DNA from: Opitutales bacterium
GTDB lineage: Bacteria; Verrucomicrobiota; Verrucomicrobiia; Opitutales; UBA2987
Direction: 5' to 3'
Length of the DNA: 64,000 bases
Assembly (NCBI GenBank): GCA_965226885.1
Contig: CBDDEL010000016.1
Span: 672,001 to 736,000 of the forward strand
A model generated the notes under the pieces. That model saw only the letters and a list, made by a program, of their open reading frames with translations. It made no database searches and had not been told where the DNA came from. Shown one piece after another: positions 23,996-35,113 of the stretch; position 1 is the stretch's first letter; each line of letters opens with the position of its first letter. Made by a program: the position numbers and the translations under genes.

Positions 23996-25328
23996 TGTAC
24001 TGGATTTGTTGGACACGGGATTCTCTTATATTCATTGTTTATTGATTAGTGTGTCAGGCGGCTTGTTTTGGTAAAGGGTTTTGTTTTCTCGTTGCCCCCC
24101 ATGGGGGGCAAATATTTTCCTCGAATTGGACTGGGCTTTGGTAACTCAGAGAGGAATGTTTGCGATATCGGTTGTAGAAGATTTCCACGTATTCGAAGAC
24201 AGTTGATCGCAGTTCGCGCTCGTCGGCAAAGTGGCGGCCTCGAATCGTGCTGGTCTTGAAGCGGCCGTAGAACGATTCCATGGCCGCGTTGTCGTAGCAG
24301 TTGCCTTGGGCGCTCATGCTCGGCTTCATGCCTAGTTCAGAGACCAGCCTCTGATAGTCGTCGCTGGCGTAGGGGCTGCCCCGATCGCTGTGATGAATAA
24401 TCCCGGTGCGCAGTGTGCCGCGGGTCATGGCCGCGGCTTTGAGGGCCTTGCCAACCAGCTTCGCGTCGTTGTGGTTGGAAACGCTCCAGCCCAGCAGGCG
24501 TCGGCTGAACAGGTCCATCACCGTGGCCAAGTACATCCAACCGGCCAGGGTCCGTAGGTAGGTCGTGTCCGCCACCCAGACCTCGTCGATATGGGTCGGC
24601 TGGCCATGCTTTTTAAGCACATTGGGGCTGTAACCATAGGGATGGTTACTGTTGGTTTTTAATGGCTTAAAGCGTTTACTCTGGGTGCTTTTGATTCCCA
24701 TTTCACGCATCAGACGCAGAGCCCGGTCACGGCCGCAATCGATGCCCTCATCATCCTTCAGATGGCGGTGCATTGGCCGATGCCCATAGCGGCCCTTGGC
24801 CTCTTTGTGTACCTTCAGGATCGCCCCCTTGATTCCCTCGTCCTCGATCCGCCGGGCCGAGGGCGCTCGGTGCCTCCAGCAGTAATAGCCACTGCAACAA
24901 ATCCCCATCGCCGAGCATATTTCCTCGATCTTGAAGCGCCCCTCGTTGTCTTTGACAAACTGGTACTTCATTGTTCGTCCTTGGCAAAGTAGCCCACCGT
25001 TTTTTTTAGTATCTGGTTGATCCGCTCCGAGCGGCGCAGCTCTTTGCGAAGACGATCTATCTCGGCCGCCATCTCCTTCGGACTGCTCTGTCGCTTTGAG
25101 GTGGCTTCGCCCTGCTGATCGTCCAGATAGAGCCTCTTCCACCTATACAATTGGTTGGTGTTGACCCCAAGTTTGGTCGATACCTCGGTGGCGCTCAGAC
25201 CATCGAGTATCATCAGTTGAACTGCCTCATTTTTGAACTCTATACTAAAGCGTCTTCTTCCCACGCGCCTTCTTCCCATGCTTCGATTCTCCATTTAGGA
25301 GAATCTCGTGTCCACTTTTTCCAGTGCA
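23996..25328 (-). mobile_element. IS3-family IS (orfA 24968..25294; orfB to 24054)
   Basis: Ends TGTACTGG..GGACACG and CGTGTCC..CCAGTGCA; WVADTTY, HHSDRGS.Y, NA.MESF; no TSD. Confidence 0.92.
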
Positions 25329-26759
25329 CATCACTATCGCTCGAAAAAGGACAGCTGTCTTTATACTCGACCCTTGTAGGGGCTTATAAACCAGATGTAG
25401 GAGTATGCGCATAAGCGTTGTTTTCCCGCACCGCTTTTCGGGCGACATGATCGCCAGGATGGGCGAGAAGTCAAATGCGTCGTAAACATAGGAATGCATA
25501 ATCCACAGAGCGACCACCGCCGCAGCGCCCTCGGGAAGGATGCAATGTCGGGTGAGAATGGAGGTTAAATCGGATAAAAGGTCGGTTCCATTCACCGGTT
25601 CTGGCCAGGGCTCGACCTTTTCAAACATTGCCTGTTGCCCGTTTTCGCCATCTTGGGCCGCGCTTTTTTTGCGCAATTTTTCCACTTCAGCATCCAGGGT
25701 AACCTCCCGGATATCCAACCGTTTAGCTTCCGCCTTCCGGCATTGATCATACTCAATGGGCGAGAGGGCCGCCAGTTTGCCTAGAACCACACTAAGGGGT
25801 AGGGATGGCTCATTGGCTTCCGCGAGTAATTCCCTCACCTTTTCGGCCCCCTCAAGCTGATTCAGGTCGTTGAAATCGGTTGGGTTGCTGGACGTATTCT
25901 TGAACTCAGGAACGGCCACTTTTCCCCCAACGGCCAGGGCTGCTTCCTGGGCCTTGGCCAGGCCGGGATTCCTATCTGTTTGGGTGTCGTTGTCGGCGGC
26001 AATGATTATATCGGTGTCGGGGAACTTTTGATGAATTGCCTCCGCTACCGCCGGAAGGTTTCCAGAATTGAAAGCGACTACCGCCGCCGCGCCCATCGTT
26101 TCATAGATTGTGGCTGCAGTTGCATACCCTTCCACAATAAAAATCTTCCCGTTCGGTTCACCGATGATGTGGTGACCTCCCTTCACTCGGCCGCCAGACA
26201 GGAATTTCTTGCTGCCATCTGGCCCGATGAATTGCAAGGATTGTAAGGCGCCCTCAATATTTTTCACAGAAATGACCAGCGAGCCTCCATTTGCGCGAAT
26301 ACCATGCGCGCCTACGCCCTTATTTTTGAGGTATGGATGGCTCGTTACATCAGAAGCTTTCTCCCATGTATCCCTGGCACGCTCTCGCGCTTCAGCGTGA
26401 ACCTTGGCCGCCTCTGCCTCGCGAAGTTGCTTGGCCTCGTTGAGCCGCCAGGTGAGTTTTTTTCGCTCGCTAGGATTCATCTGATTCCTGTTTTTTTGGC
26501 TCCAGGTCCCGCTGATCCCGCGCCGCCAGCACCCGAAGGCCCCGGCGGGAACTTCGCCATCGAAAAGGACATACCACCCGTTTCTTGACTCGGTCTTGTC
26601 GCCCTCTACGTGGAACCGGTGCAATCTGCCATCGGCAACCAGGTGGGCATCGGTGTCGATCCCCGCATCCCGCATTGCCTGCCGAATATTTTCGGTCCAG
26701 TCGCGCCCCTGTAAAGTTGGCTGCCGCCCCAGTTTGAGCGGCGGTGTCGATGTTTGCAT
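25329..26759 (-). pseudogene. Toprim primase fused to a DUF3631-like helicase region, truncated by IS3
   Basis: EGYATA, AADND Toprim motifs; EPWPEPVNG..SPEKRCGKTT; frame runs into the IS end. Confidence 0.85.
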
Positions 26760-26775
26760 TGCTGTTTTTCTCTGG

Positions 26776-26994
26776 TTATTGAATCGTTAGAAAGCGTTCA
26801 ATTTCTTGCCGGGGAATCAACTTGTGGCGCAACGTATTGTTGCAGCGCAATTCGCCTCTTTTTATAAGTCGGAAGACCGAGTGATAAGAGACGCCGAGGG
26901 TGGCGGCGGTTTCTTTAATCGAAAAGGCCATGCGCTCCACGTGTGGCGGCTGAAGGCTTCTGTCATTAGCTGGTTTCTTTATATTGGTCACCAC
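26776..26994 (-). CDS. Excisionase-type HTH protein
   Basis: AFSIKETAATLGVSYHSVFRLIKRGEL..LIP..IERFL; between integrase and primase. Confidence 0.85.
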   Translation of the reverse strand: MVTNIKKPANDRSLQPPHVERMAFSIKETAATLGVSYHSVFRLIKRGELRCNNTLRHKLIPRQEIERFLTIQ

Positions 26995-27208
26995 ATTAGC
27001 ACAAATACGATTTTGAGCGAGAGCAGAACTTGGGGGTTTATTTTTACTGCCCCTTTTTTCAGCTTTTACATGGAATCACATGTTCTTAATCATTGTATGA
27101 CAATACTTTGGATCATAGTAATCGACTCCATGTTCATCGTGGTATTTTACACAATAGGAAGTTGAGGGTATGTAATCGGATGTCCAATTCCTATGTAGTG
27201 ATTGCGCA

Positions 27209-28405
27209 TTATCCGCTCCTTTCCTGAAACCCGACTACTTTTTCGCTCAAATCTCCCTTATCGAAACTCACTTTCCTTGCCGCCGCCAGGCTATGTTCAT
27301 CGCGGAGGTGTCCATATCGCCGCATAAGCAGCGCACCGCCATCCTTGTGGCCTATCCAGCGGCTTATAGTTGGAATATCGACCCCGCTCTCTATGCACCT
27401 GGTAATGAATAGGTGTCTCAGGTCATGGTGTGTTATGCGTTCAATCCCGATTACGCCGGCGGCGCGGGTCATTGACTTCTGACATTCCCTTATCCTGAGA
27501 ACTCTCGAATTCAAGGAATCAAATTCCCTTTCGGCCCGCATTCGTTCCAACAGCTGTCGGAGGGCCGCGACCATCGGAAAGGTGCGATAATCGTCTGTTT
27601 TCTCTCCATAAACCCGCACTTGTCCGCTGTCGAAGTCGATGTCGCGCCATGTCAAAAGCCGGGCCTCTCTTATGCGGCAGCCACTAAAGGCCAGAAATTT
27701 TACCAGATCGGCGCAATCTCTTGCCTGGGGCGCGCCGCTTTCGGCAATCTCTTTAACGAAAAGGAAAAACTGTTTTCCACTGGGAAGCCTTAATTCCTTT
27801 GGCTTTTCACGGGCACGCTTAATGCCTCGAACCGGGTTCTCATAAATGGCGCCGGCCTCAACGGCGATGTCAAAAAGTCTTCTCAGTGTGTCCTTGGCTT
27901 TGTTAAAACTGGAAGCGGAAGCTCCCTTCGGTATTGCCCGTAATGATCCAGGGGGAGTAAAGCCAGTCCCGTTTTTCAGGTAGCAGCTGGCCCACTTTCG
28001 GCAGTGAATAGTCGTAACCTTTCGCACGTCCATCCTGGATAGTTCAGGCCAGCTCTTCCTTATCTTCTGGATGGCGTCGATGCGGGCCTTTATGGAACCG
28101 GGCCGCAGGTTGGGGTCAACTTCCACCATTGCCCTGTAGGAGGCTATCGCATCTTCAACGGTCATTCGCCCAACATCGCGAGCATTTACCCGTTCAAGCC
28201 TTTGCCGCTCCCTTTTAATTACATCGGAGAGGCGTAGCTTTGCGACGCTGTAAACATCGGTTTTTAAAGTCAGCCATTTTTGCTTGCCACCTACCTTGAA
28301 CCGGGCGTAATACTTCCCGCTTTCAGAATTTCTGAGGAGGTTTTGGACCTTGGTTCTTTTCCACACAGTTTTAGCTGAATTGCTCTCATTTTTGCTCTGT
28401 TTCAT
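27209..28405 (-). CDS. Tyrosine recombinase/integrase
   Basis: SGCRIRE, HHDLRH, IGHKDGG..RYGH catalytic residues; adjacent to a tRNA. Confidence 0.92.
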   Translation of the reverse strand: MKQSKNESNSAKTVWKRTKVQNLLRNSESGKYYARFKVGGKQKWLTLKTDVYSVAKLRLSDVIKRERQRLERVNARDVGRMTVEDAIASYRAMVEVDPNLRPGSIKARIDAIQKIRKSWPELSRMDVRKVTTIHCRKWASCYLKNGTGFTPPGSLRAIPKGASASSFNKAKDTLRRLFDIAVEAGAIYENPVRGIKRAREKPKELRLPSGKQFFLFVKEIAESGAPQARDCADLVKFLAFSGCRIREARLLTWRDIDFDSGQVRVYGEKTDDYRTFPMVAALRQLLERMRAEREFDSLNSRVLRIRECQKSMTRAAGVIGIERITHHDLRHLFITRCIESGVDIPTISRWIGHKDGGALLMRRYGHLRDEHSLAAARKVSFDKGDLSEKVVGFQERSG

Positions 28406-28486
28406 GGGTTGAGTGTAGAAAAGGGGGTTAGAAAAAGTCAAAAAGAAAAGAAAACTCCATCATAAGTTTTTGAGTACCAACAAGAT

Positions 28487-28561
28487 GGGTCGGTAGCTCA
28501 ATGGTAGAGCAGTGGCCTTTTAAGCCATTGGTTCTGGGTTCGATCCCCAGCCGGCCTACCA
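28487..28561 (+). tRNA. tRNA-Lys(TTT)
   Basis: Cloverleaf: acceptor GGGTCGG/CCGGCCT, anticodon arm GTGGC-CTTTTAA-GCCAT, GGTTCGAT T-loop, encoded CCA. Confidence 0.96.
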
Positions 28562-28654
28562 TTTTGCCTCCTACACGTCCTCGGCATGGGCGTGCCTTTC
28601 TAAGTCTATTAGGTAGACAAATGAGGAAGAATCCGTCATCGCCATGAGCCGTTT

Positions 28655-29629
28655 ATGAAATATCACGAAAATATTCTCGAAGCCATCGGGCATACACCCT
28701 TGATCAAGCTGAACAACTTGGTCGATGATTCCATGGCGACCATCCTGGTGAAAGCCGAATTCCTGAACCCTGCCGGCTCGATCAAGGACCGCATGGCCGC
28801 GCATATCGTGCGAAAAGCGGAGGAGGAGGGACTAATAAAACCGGGGGGTACATTGGTTGAAGGGACATCCGGCAACACCGGGCAGGGTCTGGCTATGGCG
28901 GCGGCAGTTAAAGGCTACAAGTGCATATTCACCATGCCAGACAAAATGAGCCAGGAAAAGGCCGATATGATGATGGCTTTTGGGGCGAAGGTAGTCGTCA
29001 CCCCGACCAATGTGGCCCATAACCATCCCGACCATTACTGCCAAAAAGCCATCAGTATCGCCAGGGAAACCCCCAATTCCCTGTTCACCGACCAGTATAA
29101 CAACCCGGCCAATATCGAAGCGCATTACCTGACCACCGGCCCGGAAATATGGAAGGACACCGATGGGCTGGTCGATTATTTCGTGGCCGGGGCAAGCACG
29201 GGGGGCACGGTTACGGGGACCGGAAAATACCTCAAGGAGCAGGCAGCCAAAGGCGGGCGGCAAGTCGAAGTGATTGTCTCGGATCCGGAGGGTAGCATTT
29301 TTTACGATCTCTTTTACAAAACGGGCAACATCAACTCCCACCCTTACAAGGTGGAAGGGATCGGCAATGACGTGCACTGCGATTGCCTGGACCTGAGCGT
29401 TCTCGACCAGGTTATCCGGCATTCGGACAAAGATGCATTTCTCACCGCCCGTCGTTTGACCCGCGAAGAAGGCATATTTGCGGGTGGTTCCTCAGGGGCC
29501 AATGTTTTGGTCGCGCTGCAGGTGGCCAAGGAGGCCGGACCGGGGAAAATCGTTGTCGCCATGCTGCCCGATTCGGGCAGCCGCTACATTAGCAAAATTT
29601 TCAACGACGAGTATATGGACAGCCTGTAA
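28655..29629 (+). CDS. Cysteine synthase/cystathionine beta-synthase family PLP enzyme
   Basis: NPAGSIKDR, TSGNTG, ASTGGT, YKVEGIG, PDSGSRY. Confidence 0.92.
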   Translation: MKYHENILEAIGHTPLIKLNNLVDDSMATILVKAEFLNPAGSIKDRMAAHIVRKAEEEGLIKPGGTLVEGTSGNTGQGLAMAAAVKGYKCIFTMPDKMSQEKADMMMAFGAKVVVTPTNVAHNHPDHYCQKAISIARETPNSLFTDQYNNPANIEAHYLTTGPEIWKDTDGLVDYFVAGASTGGTVTGTGKYLKEQAAKGGRQVEVIVSDPEGSIFYDLFYKTGNINSHPYKVEGIGNDVHCDCLDLSVLDQVIRHSDKDAFLTARRLTREEGIFAGGSSGANVLVALQVAKEAGPGKIVVAMLPDSGSRYISKIFNDEYMDSL

Positions 29630-29645
29630 TCGGCGGTCTGAAGTT

Positions 29646-30451
29646 TTGTTAAACGAAATCGCGGCCCTGCAATTAGCCCATCTGCATTTCGAAGGAGAGG
29701 GGAAACCTCCTCTGGTGATTTTACACGGGCTGCTGGGCTCATCACGCAATTGGCGATGGATTGGCAAGAGCCTGGCCCGGGATTTTAATGTTTTCGCTCT
29801 GGACCTTCGCAATCACGGATTGTCCCCAAATAACGAGTCCATGACATTTGATGATCTCGTGGCCGATGTGCGACTCGCTTTGAGAAAATGGAAATTGGAG
29901 CAAATCATTCTGATGGGTCATAGCTGGGAGGTAAAGTGGCCATGAGACTGGCCTGCCGGCACAGTTCGACCATTAACTCCCTCATCGTGGTAGATGTAAC
30001 TCCCAAACAGTATCCGATTTTGCATCGTAAGATCTTTCAAGCCATGGCCTCGATCAATGCGTCGAAACTATCCAGCCGGACAGAGGCGGATCAACTACTG
30101 GAACCATTAATTGGCCATAAACGACTTCAGCAATTTATTTTGACCAACCTCGCGCGAGGCGCTGAAGGAAAATTCCACTGGCAGGTCAACCACCAAATCC
30201 TGGCCAAAAACCAGGATACCCTGGCCAGAAATCCATTATCTGAAAATGACCAATACGGAGGCCCGGTCCTGTTCATTCGTGGAGAAAATTCCCCTTTTCT
30301 GACGGAGAGCGATCTGCCACTCATCACCCGCCATTTCCCCAAGGCCACCATGACAACGATCCCCGGGGCCGGTCACAATCCGCATGTGGACAATAAGTCC
30401 GGTTTCCTGAGCGCAGTTCGGCAGTTTCGGAAAGTTTCAGAGATTTCATAA
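29646..30451 (+). pseudogene. Alpha/beta hydrolase (YbfF-like), frameshifted; start approximate
   Basis: LHGLLGS..NW, DLRNHG; 1-bp loss in the GHS(L)GGKVAM nucleophile motif near 29925. Confidence 0.85.
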
Positions 30452-30660
30452 ACGGGCCAAACCGCAATAGGGGTTTCTTCTCCGAATCACATTTTGATGT
30501 TTGCGGGAGAGAATAGCTGTTTCTGCAAAGAGAATATTTATGGTGCGCGCTTTTTAAATTGAGTTTTGGGTAAATATCTTTATTAAAGGTTAAATCTGGC
30601 GTTAAATCTGGCAAATACGTACTGCTTAGTACGTTTGGATATAAAAGGGAAAGGGGAAAA

Positions 30661-31674
30661 ATGCTAAATTTTCGAGTGGTTTTTCTAGGAAATCTGCTAT
30701 TCGCGGCGTTCTTCCCAGGGAGTTGCTTCCTGCAGGCAAGTATTCGGGAAAGCGGCGGCGATCCAACAATCGCTATAACAGTGGAAACCGTAAATAGCGG
30801 GGGCGGCCTTTTGCGGATCGATTCCAATGTTGGCGGGATCGCTGGCGATCTCAGCCGAAGTGTACCGGAACCAGCCCAGTTTACTTCAAAAAATGGCTAT
30901 TTAGGACAGCTTTTCGATTTAACGGGGCTCGTCATCGGGCTGACTCCGGCAACGGTTAATGAGGAAGGTTCGGTTTAGTTGGAAGTTGCAGCCGCTTTCG
31001 ATGATGACACCCAACTCCCATTAGACCCCTCCGATGTCGATTGGAATGTGCAATCCGGGCCAATCATATACATTTTGGAATCTGGCTTGCTCAATGCGGA
31101 TACGGTCGAATCCGTGAGCATGCCTGCCGTTATCGCCGCCGCATACCTGGGAACCGACGGCACGCTTAATATCACTGTTTTAAATGTTGAGGACGGCAGC
31201 TTTACTGGGGATGGGCTACCGGATGCCTGGCAGATCATGTTCTTTTCGCCATTCGACGACAATACCGGCCCGGATGACGACGCCGATGGAGACGGCCTGA
31301 GCAATTTTTATGAATATGCCTTCAATTTTAACCCGATAACCACCGACAGCGGGTCGAGCCGTCAGCCGCCGCCAGACATTTTTACGGATACGGGACCGAC
31401 GTCTCAGAGCCCCAAATCATCAATCAACACCACTGTGGGTGACGAGCAGTTTTTAGCGCTCACCTTCCGGAAACGGCCCGACTCGGCGGGCCTTGATTAT
31501 ATCGTCGAGGTAGCCTCCACACCGACGGCTTCCGCCTGGGAAGCGATGACCACATTGGTAGGGCCTCCCGTTGGTCCCGACGAGGACGGAATGTTTACGG
31601 TGACCTACCGGGACAACATCCCATTTTCGGCCAGCAGCGCCCGGTTTATCCGCATCCGTGTGGTTAAGTTCTAG
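30661..31674 (+). pseudogene. Secreted protein with DGDG Ca-binding-type motifs and an in-frame TAG
   Basis: Signal peptide; TAG at 30976-30978 with the same frame continuing; GDGLPDAWQ..DADGDGLSNFYEY; C-terminal ARFIRIRVVKF. Confidence 0.75.
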
Positions 31675-32222
31675 CACTTTAAATTATTCTCCAACCCCAT
31701 CCACATTGGAATAAATCATTATGAAAATAATCATAGCGAAAACCCCTAACAAACTATTCTCGCGCCTGGGCCTCGGTGTTACTGCCGCCGCAAGTGTCCT
31801 TTGGCTTTCGGCCATCACCCTTCAAGCAGTTCCCGGTATTATTAATTATCAAGGGAAAATCAGTGAGGACGGTGTGATTTTCGACGGCACGGGCCAGTTT
31901 AAATTCGCCCTCGTCCACGGCGGGGAAACAGTTACCGATTGGAGCAACGATGGAACCAGCACCAACGGCAACGAACCGACCACCTTCGTATCCCTGGAAG
32001 TGACCAACGGCAATTTTTCCGTAGGACTGGGGGATATATCTCTGTCGGGCATGCCCGAGTCGATTCCGCCGGATATCTTTGCCGATAACGACGATATATT
32101 CCTACGGGTTTGGTTCAGCCCGACAACGAGTGCCTTTCAGCAGCTTCTACCGGATTTAAGGATCGCCTCCGAAGGCTTCGACTTCGCCGCAGCCAGGGCA
32201 ATAGAGGCTGATTTCGCCCTAG

Positions 32223-33798
32223 CCCGGAAATTTCATAAAAAAAGTATCGCTGATATGCTTATCTGCTGATATACAGCAGGATAGATTAAACATTAAAGCA
32301 ATATCAGCGATGACAAAAAGTAAACAATTAGAACTACAGTTGACAAGGGTAAAAGGCCGCCGTGTGCGGGTTGATTTTAAGGGCGGTGAGGTTACTTCGG
32401 ATGCCGGGCTGCTTTTGATCCGGGAAGTGGATCGGCGGTTGGGCTTGACCGAGCAAGCGGCCCGGCAATTAGTAGACAAACGGCAGAAGGGCAAAGTGCG
32501 CCATGAGATGCTGGCCATGATCCGGCAGCGCGTTTACGGGCTGGTGGCGGGCTATGAGGATTTGAACGACTTTGACACCCTGCGCCGCGATCCTTTGTTG
32601 CAAACGGTAACGGGGCGCACTGAAGCGTTGGCCAGCGCGCCGACTTTGTGTCGTTTTGAAAACGGGCAGGATCGGCGGGCAGCCTTTGCCCTGAACGAGT
32701 TGCTGGTCGAACAGTTCATCGGATCCTTTGCCGAGGAACCCGAAGAGATCATCCTGGACTTTGACGCCACCGACAATCCGGTGCACGGGCTCCAGGAGGG
32801 ACGTTTTTTCCACGGTTATTATGATCATTACTGTTTTTTGCCGCTGTATGTTTTTTGCGGCGATCAGCTTCTGGTGGCCTACCTGCGGCCCAGCAAGATC
32901 GATGCGAGCAAGCATGCCGGGGCCATCCTCAAATTGCTGGTTAAACGGATTCGCCAAAGCTGGCCCCATACGCGGATTATTTGGCGTGCCGACAGCGGAT
33001 TCTGCCGGGATCGGATTCTCTCGTGGTGCGAGCGCAACGAGGTTTATTTTATAGTGGGAACGGCCCGCCATGCACGCTTGCAGCAAGCGGCCCGGCAGTT
33101 GCAGGAGGCAAGCCAAACAATGGTTCGAGGGTAGCGGCAAAAAGCAACGGCTGTTTCAGCACTTCGAGTATGGGGCAAAATCGTGGCGGCGCCAACGCCT
33201 TATCATCCACAAAGCCGAACACACCGCACAGGGGTCCAACCCGCGCTTCGTGGTGACGAACCTGCAGGGCGATCCCCAAGAGCTTTACGACAAAGTATAC
33301 TGTGGCCGCGGTGAGATGGAGAACCGGATCAAGGAACAGATGCAATTGTTCAGCGAACGCACCAGCGCGCATAAATGGTGGGCCAACCAGTGGCGATTGC
33401 TCTTGTCGGGGCTGTCCTACACCTTGATGGAAGCCTTGCGCCGGTTCGCATTAAAAGGGACGAAGTGGGCGCGGCTCCAATGCCACAGTCTACGGCTAAA
33501 ATTAATCAAGATCGGAGCGGTCATCGTGCGCAACACCCGAACGATTCACTTTCATCTAAGTGAAAGTTATCCATGGGCGCCAGTCTTTTCAACCATGCGG
33601 CCCGCCGGTTGGTGCCAACCTAAAGGGCGCATTGGCGCTGCCCCCGGCGCTACCGAACCAATGGGGGAAAGGGGGAAGTGTCTCTACACCCTGAAAAACA
33701 CCTCAAAATCAAGACGATCCGCCCAAAATACAAAGAAATCCATCTCCATCTCCAATAGCAATAACGAGCCAAACTTTACCCTTCATGAAATATCCGGG
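32223..33798 (+). mobile_element. IS1380-family IS, subtype B (transposase frameshifted)
   Basis: TSD CTAG; +1 near 33107 and +2 near 33577 relative to sister copies. Confidence 0.93.
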
Positions 33799-33802
33799 CT
33801 AG

Positions 33803-34900
33803 ATGCTGACCATGCCATCATGGCTGATTTTGCGGCATCAGCATCGGAGGCTGGAACACTCAACGGCTTGGATAGCGCGGAGTTCCTCCTCAAGAACGAT
33901 CACGACACTTCCCCAGTCGATGGCATCATTGACTTGGCCGACTTCGCGCAAACAGCCGGAGATGCCGGTACCCTCGACGGGCTTTCCAGGGCTGATTTTG
34001 CAAGGGACATACATACACATGCCGATGTGGACCTATCTGATAATGTGCCTCTTTTAAACGCCAACAACAACTTCATCAGCGCCAATACTTTCAGTGCGGG
34101 CAGCATGACGCTGGGCGGAGACCCGGCCTTCACATTACAACGGCCTGTTAATGCAAGCAACTCGCCGGGAACGAACTTTATCATACAAGGGCAGGATGCG
34201 GGTATCACGGAAGGTCCATTGAATGGGGGAGATATTGACTTAAATCCAGGAGCGGCGAGCAACAGTGGGGTTGACGGCTTAATCAACCTCAATGGCGATT
34301 CGAATGTTACTGGGGATTTGTCGGTGTCCGGCAGTATCACGGGAGACCTCACCGGCACAGCAGACAATGCTACTAGTACCGATTTTCTCGATGGGTTGGA
34401 CAGCTCAGAGTTCCTCCTCAAGAACGACCACGATACTTCTCCCACCGCCGGGCTCATCGACCAGGCCGAGTTCGCTTTCAGCGCCGCAAATGCCGATTTC
34501 GCCCTCGAAGCCGACCATGCCATCATGGTTGATTTTGCCGCATCGGCCTCGGAAGCGGGCACTCTCAATGGGTTGGACAGCTCAGAGTTCCTCCTCAAAA
34601 ACATTCACGATACTTCCCCCTCGGATGGGATCATCGATACGGCCGAGTTCGCATTCAGCGCCGATTTCGCCAGCCTTGCAACGGATGCTGATTTCGCCCT
34701 CGAAGCCGACCACGCCATCACGGCTGATTTTGCCGCATCGGCCTCGGAAGCGGGCACTCTCAATGGCTTGGATAGCAGCGAATTCCTCATTCGCGCCGAT
34801 GAAGATGTTTCCCCCGATAACGGCATCATTGACCGGGCTGATTTCGCCTTCAATGCCGATCATGCCACTAATGCTGATTTCCTCGGTGGCCTTGAAGCGA
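33803..34900 (+). repeat. Intragenic ~55-65 codon repeats
   Basis: About four copies of (ADFALEADHAI.ADFAASASEAG)TLNGLDSSEFLLKNDHDTSP.DG.ID.AEFA, conserved at the DNA level. Confidence 0.9.
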
Positions 34901-35113
34901 ACGATTTCCTGGACAAGACTACCTATGATAACGATGCCAACAGTGAGGTGGATGATTCCAGCCTCTCCGGCAATGTGGCCCTTTTGGATGAAAGCAATGA
35001 TTTTATCCAAGCCAATACATTCAGCGCGAGCACCATGACAGTTGGTGACGGGGCAAACCCTTTTAACCTTACACGGCCAACAAGTACCAGCGGAGATGGA
35101 ACCAGCCTAGTTA

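Noticed and set aside
33803..34900. Repeats as a DGR template/variable pair
   Set aside because: Repeats are in-frame coding units, differences are not adenine-specific, and no reverse transcriptase is present
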